Shown: positions 9,791 through 14,943 of the stretch, piece by piece | Numbering within the stretch: position 1 is the first letter of the stretch | Layout: every line of letters starts with the position of its first letter | Assembly: GCA_043760555.1 (NCBI GenBank) | Contig: JAYUOW010000127.1 | Location: 1 to 14,943, forward strand | From: Betaproteobacteria bacterium | GTDB taxonomy: Bacteria > Pseudomonadota > Gammaproteobacteria > Burkholderiales > Usitatibacteraceae | DNA: 14,943 nt | Direction of reading: 5' to 3' | The notes under the pieces: model-generated | Seen by the model: only the letters and a program-made list of their open reading frames with translations | What the model was told of the DNA's origin: nothing | Database searches by the model: none | Position numbers and translations under genes: made by a program

Positions 9791-9933
9791 GCGGTACACA
9801 AACAAAATACGTTTTTGCTGTGCCAGGTTGAATTCACGAATCAACACCGCTGCATCCAGTTAATTAAAGTTTCCACCATGGAAACGCAAGTGAAGTATAG
9901 CGTAGCTACCCTGCTCGTGATAACTTAGCACCC

Positions 9934-11133
9934 ATGCAAAAATACGAAATTATGGTACGCGAATCGCTTAAAGATATTGCCCCTGCCCAATGGAACGCCC
10001 TCACCCACAATAACCCCACATTAAGCTACGCATGGCTGCACGCGCTGCACGAAAGCGGTAGCGCCTGCGCCGATACCGGCTGGCTACCGCAATATTTAAC
10101 CATCCACGACGGCGACACCTTGGTAGGTGCCATGCCGCTCTACATGAAAGGCCACAGCTACGGCGAATATGTGTTTGATTGGGCATGGGCAGATGCGTAT
10201 GCGCGAACCGGGCGCGACTATTACCCAAAGCTGCTTAGCGCAGTCCCCTTCACGCCTTGCACAGGTGCGCGTGCGCTGGCAGCAAGCCCTGAAATTGAAG
10301 CCTTGCTCATTGAGGCCGCCCTACAAATCGCCAAGCAAAGTAAGGTTTCATCGCTGCATATTTTGTTCGCGCCCGATACACAACAAGCCAAATTTGTAGA
10401 GGCTGGTCTGCTTACCCGGACAGCTGTGCAATTTCATTGGCGCAATGCAGGCTATGCTAATTTTGATGCGCTGTTGGCGACATTTAGCAAAGACAAACGC
10501 AAAAAAATCAAACAAGAACGCCGCAAAGTGGCAGACGCTGGCATTACGCTGCGACGCGTCGTTGGAACCGAAATTTCGGAAGCAGATTGGGACTTTTTTG
10601 TAGCTTGCTATAACCGCACCTATCGCGAACACCGATCCACGCCATACTTAAACCGCGAATTCTTCCGCATGATCGCGCGCGACATGGGTGACAACTGTTT
10701 GCTGGTGATAGCGGAGAAAGAAAACGCTTCGAGAAGCCCTAATATAGGGCATCTTGGGGCTGACCTAGAGTCACAGCCGATGGTTCGTGTGGCATGTGCA
10801 TTCAATTTATTCAATGAAGATGCACTTTATGGCCGCTATTGGGGCTGCACCGAATTTAATTCCGGCCTGCATTTTGAAACCTGTTACTACCAAGCACTAG
10901 AGTTTTGTATAGAGCGCGGCATCAATTTATTTGAAGGCGGCGCGCAAGGCGAGCATAAACTCGCACGCGGCTTCACGCCCGTAAAATGCAACTCCGCCCA
11001 CTGGATAGCCGACCCACAACTCCGCAAAGCCATCGCGCATTTTCTAACGCAAGAAAGTACGTCGCTAGATAATTACGTGGACGAGCTGGCAGAACATCAG
11101 CCGTATAAACAACAAAGCACGCTATCTCTGTAG
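9934..11133 (+). CDS. DUF482 / FemAB-like (COG3146) predicted N-acyltransferase, GNAT-related
   Basis: 399 aa. N-terminal pattern (SL.DI...WNAL....NPTLSYAWLHALHESGS....TGWLPQYL) matches the start of COG3146/PF04339 family proteins as I recall them. No SD is visible, so the start is uncertain (alternative ATG at 9952). Confidence 0.55.
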   Translation: MQKYEIMVRESLKDIAPAQWNALTHNNPTLSYAWLHALHESGSACADTGWLPQYLTIHDGDTLVGAMPLYMKGHSYGEYVFDWAWADAYARTGRDYYPKLLSAVPFTPCTGARALAASPEIEALLIEAALQIAKQSKVSSLHILFAPDTQQAKFVEAGLLTRTAVQFHWRNAGYANFDALLATFSKDKRKKIKQERRKVADAGITLRRVVGTEISEADWDFFVACYNRTYREHRSTPYLNREFFRMIARDMGDNCLLVIAEKENASRSPNIGHLGADLESQPMVRVACAFNLFNEDALYGRYWGCTEFNSGLHFETCYYQALEFCIERGINLFEGGAQGEHKLARGFTPVKCNSAHWIADPQLRKAIAHFLTQESTSLDNYVDELAEHQPYKQQSTLSL

Positions 11134-11229
11134 GGGCGTGTTGCACACGCCCTCGTTGCGCTGGCACCGTTTCTCCCAATTCGCCTCCCATGTCGCATGA
11201 TTCACCGTTTGGGCGCATGCAATGCGCCC
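11134..11229. terminator. Two GC-rich perfect hairpins between convergent genes
   Basis: GGGCGTG-ttgca-CACGCCC (11134-11152) lies immediately after the DUF482 stop. GGGCGCAT-gca-ATGCGCCC (11211-11229) is the second. Neither has a strong U-tract, so terminator function is uncertain. Confidence 0.4.
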
Positions 11230-11293
11230 CTACAGACGGCGCAGCGTTATCGTTACGTTATCGATTTTCTATCACCAGTCGAGCTACCAACCC

Positions 11294-12070
11294 CTACCCC
11301 AACTCGTTTAAGTAAGAATAACTTTCCGTCCGACAAATCCCACGACGCCATTCCACCGGCTTATCGTCATACGTATACGCCACGCGGTCTACGCACAGCA
11401 GCGGCGTGCCCTCAAGCACGCGCAAATGCGTGGCAGCCAGCGCATCAGCCGCCACCGCCCGCAAGCGCTCCTCAGCCCGTATCATGCGCACGCCAAACGT
11501 GGTTTCAAAAAAACTATAAACGGAACCCTTAGATTCCTCAATTTTTTCCAGCGTCAGATTCGGAAAAAGCACAGACGATAAAATAATTTCATCCAAAATA
11601 ATAGGCTCGCCATTGAAACTCAACAGCCTAGAGATCACCTGCACCGGTGCCCCAGCCTTTAAATCCAACGCTTTTGCCACCTGAGCATTCGCCTTGCCGC
11701 GTTTTACTTCTAAAAACACGCTCTGCGGTGGAAAGCGTTCACCCGCATCAGGCTCCAGCCGCAAAAAGCGATATTGATATTTAGGCTCGGTGTGTGTCGC
11801 CACAAACGTGCCCTTCCCCTGACGACGCACCACAATATTTTCGGCAGCCAAGGCGTCTATGGCCTTGCGCACGGTGCCTTGGCTTACCTGATAGCGCGCG
11901 GCCAATTCCATTTCTGAAGGAATCGCCTCACCTGGCTTCCATTCCAGCGAAATTAAGCTTTGGGTGAGTAATAATTTTATTTGCTCATACAAAGGCTGAA
12001 AGCTTGGGCCTGTGGGCTTTGCGGTTAAGCCAGAAGGCTGCATACTTGGTTCGATGAAGTTAGACGCCAT
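11294..12070 (-). CDS. GntR-family transcriptional regulator, HutC subfamily (N-terminal wHTH plus C-terminal UTRA effector domain)
   Basis: Start set to the first ATG (12070, MASNF...), not the TTG at 12085. GntR HTH is ...LYEQIKLLL...GEAIPSEMELAARYQVSQGTVRKAIDALAAENIVVRRQGKGTFVA. The C-terminal ~150 aa has a UTRA-like pattern. Transcribed divergently from the BASS-TauE operon. Confidence 0.8.
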   Translation of the reverse strand: MASNFIEPSMQPSGLTAKPTGPSFQPLYEQIKLLLTQSLISLEWKPGEAIPSEMELAARYQVSQGTVRKAIDALAAENIVVRRQGKGTFVATHTEPKYQYRFLRLEPDAGERFPPQSVFLEVKRGKANAQVAKALDLKAGAPVQVISRLLSFNGEPIILDEIILSSVLFPNLTLEKIEESKGSVYSFFETTFGVRMIRAEERLRAVAADALAATHLRVLEGTPLLCVDRVAYTYDDKPVEWRRGICRTESYSYLNELG

Positions 12071-12193
12071 TATTGCACCGCACAAAATGATGAGTTTAGA
12101 TAAATATTACTCTAACATAGCAAGTCATATGTTTTATATAAGACCTGAAACTTTGCGCATTCACAGGGAGCATTACAGATACGTTGAAGATAC

Positions 12194-12226
12194 CTTGAAG
12201 ATGCCCTTTATACGGGCTGCTTCAAG
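12194..12226. promoter_or_regulatory. 33-bp imperfect palindrome CTTGAAGATGCCC-N7-GGGCTGCTTCAAG, candidate GntR/HutC operator
   Basis: 11 of 13 positions symmetric. An extra direct half-site GTTGAAGATAC lies at 12183-12193. It sits in the ~310-bp divergent intergenic region between the regulator and the transporter operon. The arms resemble HutC-type CTTG...CAAG half-sites. Confidence 0.35.
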
Positions 12227-12381
12227 CATTTGGCTACACAAATATCCCTCTATAAGATTCACAAAGACCACAAATCGCGCTAGCGAATCCGGCGTCGTTG
12301 GAAATACTGCTAAATTTCGCATCCGAACGCCACAGTCCCGCGGGCTACAGACATAAAACACATTTTAGAAAACTAAACCTT

Positions 12382-13254
12382 ATGCAAGGCGACATACTCT
12401 CAACCGTCCTCCTGCCACTCATGCTGTGCTTCATCATGTTTGCTTTGGGCATGGGGCTGGCGGTAGCAGATTTTAAGCGCGTGCTTGCAGAGCCACGCGC
12501 ATTTGTAATCGGCTTTTTTTGCCACTTTATCGTGTTGCCTGCCACGTGTTTTGCGCTAGTAAAATTAGCCAATTTGCCGCCAGAACTAGCAGTGGGCTTT
12601 ATGATTATTGCCGCCTGCCCCACGGGCACAACGTCTAATTTACTGACCTTTTTAGCGCGCGGCGATGTGGCGCTGGCTGTGAGCTTTACCGCTGTGGCGA
12701 GTGTGGTGACGATTGTGAGCTTGCCGCTTATTACCAGCTTTGCGTTAAGCCATTTTATGGGTGCTAACCAAACCATCGCCATGCCAGTAGGCTTAATGAT
12801 GGGGCAAGTGTTTTTAATTGTTGGGCTACCCGTTATGATCGGCATGGCATTTCGCGCGTGGAAACCCGCGACGGCAATGCGCATTGAAAAAATTGCCACC
12901 AAAATTGCATCCGCACTTTTTGTATTGATTGTGGTGGCGGCGCTAATTAAAAACTGGACGCTATTTACAAGTACCTTGCCGCAATTGGCACCGCTAGTCG
13001 TAGCCCTTAATATGAGTATGTTGGCCGTGGGCTATGGGCTATCACGCTTGGCAAAACTAAAGCGTCAACAAGCGGTAACAGTCGCAATAGAAACCGCCAT
13101 ACAAAACGCCACCTTAGCCATTTTAATTGGCAGCACCATGCTTAAAAATGACCGATTAGCCCTACCAGCGGTCGTCTACGGGGTGTTGATGTATGCGGGC
13201 GGTTTGCTATTTGTGTACTGGATACGGCGCGGTGATGCAAAGCGTGCGCGGTAA
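12382..13254 (+). CDS. Bile acid:sodium symporter (BASS/SBF) family transporter
   Basis: Start at MQGDILS (ATG 12382), not the far-upstream ATG of the listed ORF. FMIIAACPTGTTSNLLTFLARGDVALAVSFTAVASVVTIVSLPLIT aligns with Neisseria ASBT [45 protein letters not shown]. Multi-pass hydrophobic profile. Confidence 0.85.
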   Translation: MQGDILSTVLLPLMLCFIMFALGMGLAVADFKRVLAEPRAFVIGFFCHFIVLPATCFALVKLANLPPELAVGFMIIAACPTGTTSNLLTFLARGDVALAVSFTAVASVVTIVSLPLITSFALSHFMGANQTIAMPVGLMMGQVFLIVGLPVMIGMAFRAWKPATAMRIEKIATKIASALFVLIVVAALIKNWTLFTSTLPQLAPLVVALNMSMLAVGYGLSRLAKLKRQQAVTVAIETAIQNATLAILIGSTMLKNDRLALPAVVYGVLMYAGGLLFVYWIRRGDAKRAR

Positions 13255-14069
13255 TGGATAGCAGCATTACCATTGGCATCTTGGGCATTTGCATCGGTGC
13301 GGTGCTAGGCCTAACCGGTGCGGGCGGCGGCATGTTGGCAGTCCCTGCCTTGGTAGCGGGCCTTGGCTGGACGATTCAACAAGCCACACCCGTCGCACTC
13401 ATCGCAGTAGCGCTTAGTGCCGCCATCGGCGCTATTGACGGGCTTAAACGCGGCTTAGTGCGCTACAAAGCCGCAATTTTAATGGTGCTTGTTGGCGCGC
13501 CTTTCACCACCGTCGGCGTGCGTGTAGCTGCACAATTGCCGCAACGTTGGTTGATGATTTTATTCGCAATCGTCATGCTAATCGCCGCCACCCGGCTATT
13601 TCTACGGGCGCGTCAGACGGGCACAACTGCACTGGAACCAGAACGCCAATGGGGTCGTATCGACCCTAGAACAGGGCGTTTCCAATGGTGCTTCGGCACG
13701 GCAGCGCTAATTTCAAGCATCGGTGCAATCGCCGGTTTTATGACGGGGCTATTAGGTGTCGGCGGCGGATTTATCATCGTGCCGCTACTACGCCGGTTTA
13801 CCAACGTCGCCATGCAAGGCGTGGTGGCGACGTCATTGATGGTGATTGCTTTGGTAGGCGGTGCGGGTGTAGTGTCGGCCATCGCGCATGGCGTGGTGGT
13901 GCCGCTGCAGGCGACGCTGGTGTTTGCGGGGGCGGCTGCGGTTGGTATGTTGTTGGGCATGAAGCTGGCAAAAAATGTGTCGGAGGCGGCCGTGCAACGG
14001 GGGTTTGCGGGGGTTTTGGTGGTGGTGGCGTTGGGAATATTAGTGGTGCAGATAGGACCTAAAAACTAG
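13254..14069 (+). CDS. TauE/SafE-family (sulfite/organosulfonate exporter-like) membrane transporter
   Basis: 271 aa, polytopic, with two internally repeated halves each bearing the G-x-GGG motif (LTGAGGGMLAVP and LGVGGGFIIVP). Start overlaps the BASS stop as TAATG, indicating translational coupling. Confidence 0.8.
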   Translation: MDSSITIGILGICIGAVLGLTGAGGGMLAVPALVAGLGWTIQQATPVALIAVALSAAIGAIDGLKRGLVRYKAAILMVLVGAPFTTVGVRVAAQLPQRWLMILFAIVMLIAATRLFLRARQTGTTALEPERQWGRIDPRTGRFQWCFGTAALISSIGAIAGFMTGLLGVGGGFIIVPLLRRFTNVAMQGVVATSLMVIALVGGAGVVSAIAHGVVVPLQATLVFAGAAAVGMLLGMKLAKNVSEAAVQRGFAGVLVVVALGILVVQIGPKN

Positions 14070-14161
14070 GCGGCACGGTTTGCCGTGCAACCTAAACATC
14101 TCAGACAGACGATAAAAACCTTACGATATCTTTCTTGTAATAGTGCCCGAGAGAAACGAAT

Positions 14162-14413
14162 ATGCAAACCGTCAAACTAGGTAAAAATGGACGAATCGCA
14201 ATTCCAAAGTCGATATTGGAAGCAAATGGGTGGGTCGCCGGAACGGAATTTAGCGCCCAGGTTATTGGCGGCAAGGTCTATCTTATGCCCTTGGCACCCG
14301 TTAAATCAGCGGCAAAAACGCCGCTTAACAAACTGATTGGCTGCATAAAATATACTGGCCCTCCCATCAGCATTGAGGAAATGAACTTCCCCAGCGCGGT
14401 TAAAGACTGCTGA
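14162..14413 (+). CDS. AbrB/MazE/SpoVT-fold (swapped-hairpin) small DNA-binding protein, antitoxin-like, with no cognate toxin gene
   Basis: 83 aa. N-terminus MQTVKLGKNGRIAIPKSILEANGW fits the K-x-G-x-(I/V)-x-IPK SpoVT/AbrB motif. No toxin-sized ORF follows; the longest + ORF downstream is 24 aa. Confidence 0.6.
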   Translation: MQTVKLGKNGRIAIPKSILEANGWVAGTEFSAQVIGGKVYLMPLAPVKSAAKTPLNKLIGCIKYTGPPISIEEMNFPSAVKDC

Positions 14414-14420
14414 ATACGTA

Positions 14421-14529
14421 GCCCCATTCGAGCGGCTTTATTGCGATAACTGGGGCAGCGACTGAAAACAGGCGATACCTAACGCAACTACCGCCCCAAG
14501 CTATCGCGATGAAGCCGCTCGAGCTGGGC
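14421..14529. repeat. Inverted pair of ~36-bp palindromic elements (REP-like), able to form a long imperfect hairpin
   Basis: Left unit GCCCCA-TTCGAGCGGCTTTATTGCGATAA-CTGGGGC (14421-14456). Right unit GCCCCAAGC-TATCGCGATGAAGCCGCTCGAGC-TGGGC (14493-14529). The right unit is about 85% identical to the reverse complement of the left. Each unit is itself flanked by GCCCCA/TGGGGC. A 36-nt spacer separates them. Confidence 0.45.
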
Positions 14530-14590
14530 TACGAAGGGGCTGCGGTGAAAGTTGGTGCGTGCGGTTGCGGCAATATCTAAAAAACAATCC

Positions 14591-14943
14591 CTACCCCAAC
14601 CGCAAATCCCCCACAATATCCTCAAACGCCTCCAACCCCACTGCAATCCGCACCAGTCCATCGCCAATGCCTGAAGACGCCCGTTCTACGGGCGTTAAGC
14701 GGGCATGAGTGGTGGTGGCGGGGTGGGTGATTGTGGTGCGGGTGTCGCCTAGGTTGGCGGTGATGCTGATCATTTTTGTGGCGTCAATTATTGCCCACGC
14801 TTTTTCTTTGCCGCCCTTCACGTCAAACGACAACACCGCACCTGCACCCTTGGATTGCGCTTTATTTAGTGCGTATTGCGGATGGTTTTCTAGGCCGGGA
14901 TAGTACACACGCGCTACTTGTAATTGCTGTTCCAACCACTTAG
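14591..14943 (-). CDS. C-terminal part of a PLP-dependent Cys/Met-metabolism enzyme (O-succinylhomoserine sulfhydrylase MetZ / cystathionine gamma-synthase family); N-terminus lies beyond the window end
   Basis: ...VYYPGLENHPQYALNKAQSKGAGAVLSFDVKGG...ISITANLGDTRTTITHPATTTHARL...SGIGDGLVRIAVGLEAFEDIVGDL is the conserved C-terminal domain of this family. The ORF is open to the window edge. Confidence 0.8.
   Translation of the reverse strand, partial: KWLEQQLQVARVYYPGLENHPQYALNKAQSKGAGAVLSFDVKGGKEKAWAIIDATKMISITANLGDTRTTITHPATTTHARLTPVERASSGIGDGLVRIAVGLEAFEDIVGDLRLG

Noticed and set aside
9876-9926. 16-codon ORF immediately upstream of the DUF482 gene, as a possible leader peptide.
   Set aside because: No SD, no tandem regulatory codons and no attenuator hairpin. 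Kept only as a remark under the DUF482 finding.
12012-12361. 114-aa + ORF and 62-aa minus ORF in the GntR-BASS divergent intergenic region.
   Set aside because: They overlap the GntR start and the regulatory region, have no SD, and are AT-rich and low-complexity. They are more plausibly promoter/operator DNA.
14070-14100. Hairpin GCACGG-tttg-CCGTGC directly after the TauE stop, as a possible terminator.
   Set aside because: Short 6-bp stem with no downstream U-tract. Not listed as a feature.

Overview
Chromosomal-looking proteobacterial window of about 50% GC, densely coded on both strands.

Gene content:
- + strand, left: fabI and a translationally coupled SDR oxidoreductase (ATGA overlap), a rho-independent terminator, a secreted DUF2807/GIN-domain repeat protein, mtfA (M90 peptidase, HEXXH), and a hipB-hipA toxin-antitoxin pair (ATGA overlap).
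- Minus strand, middle: an apparent operon of an SPFH/band-7 protein with a long N-terminal extension, glutamine-dependent NAD+ synthetase (nadE), P-II (glnB) and an unlisted 45-aa two-helix membrane peptide, closed by a bidirectional terminator.
- A 528-bp non-coding gap carries a tRNA 3'-end-like fragment, 10-bp inverted repeats and three tandem 12-bp repeats.
- Right: a DUF482/FemAB-like acyltransferase, a GntR/HutC (UTRA) regulator divergent from a coupled BASS-family symporter and TauE/SafE exporter pair, an orphan AbrB/MazE-fold small protein followed by an inverted pair of 36-bp palindromic elements, and the 3' end of a PLP-dependent MetZ/MetB-family gene running off the window.

Nothing here looks like a CRISPR array, an rRNA, a complete tRNA or a transposase.

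The most second-look-worthy items are the hipBA module with its repeat-laden leaderless promoter, the repeat-containing SPFH fusion protein in the nadE-glnB cluster, the unlisted small membrane ORF, the tRNA-fragment/repeat-rich gap, and the orphan AbrB-like gene with its palindromic element pair. I could not identify a clearly novel multi-gene system with confidence. All calls rest on reading the sequence and recalled family motifs; no database searches were run.
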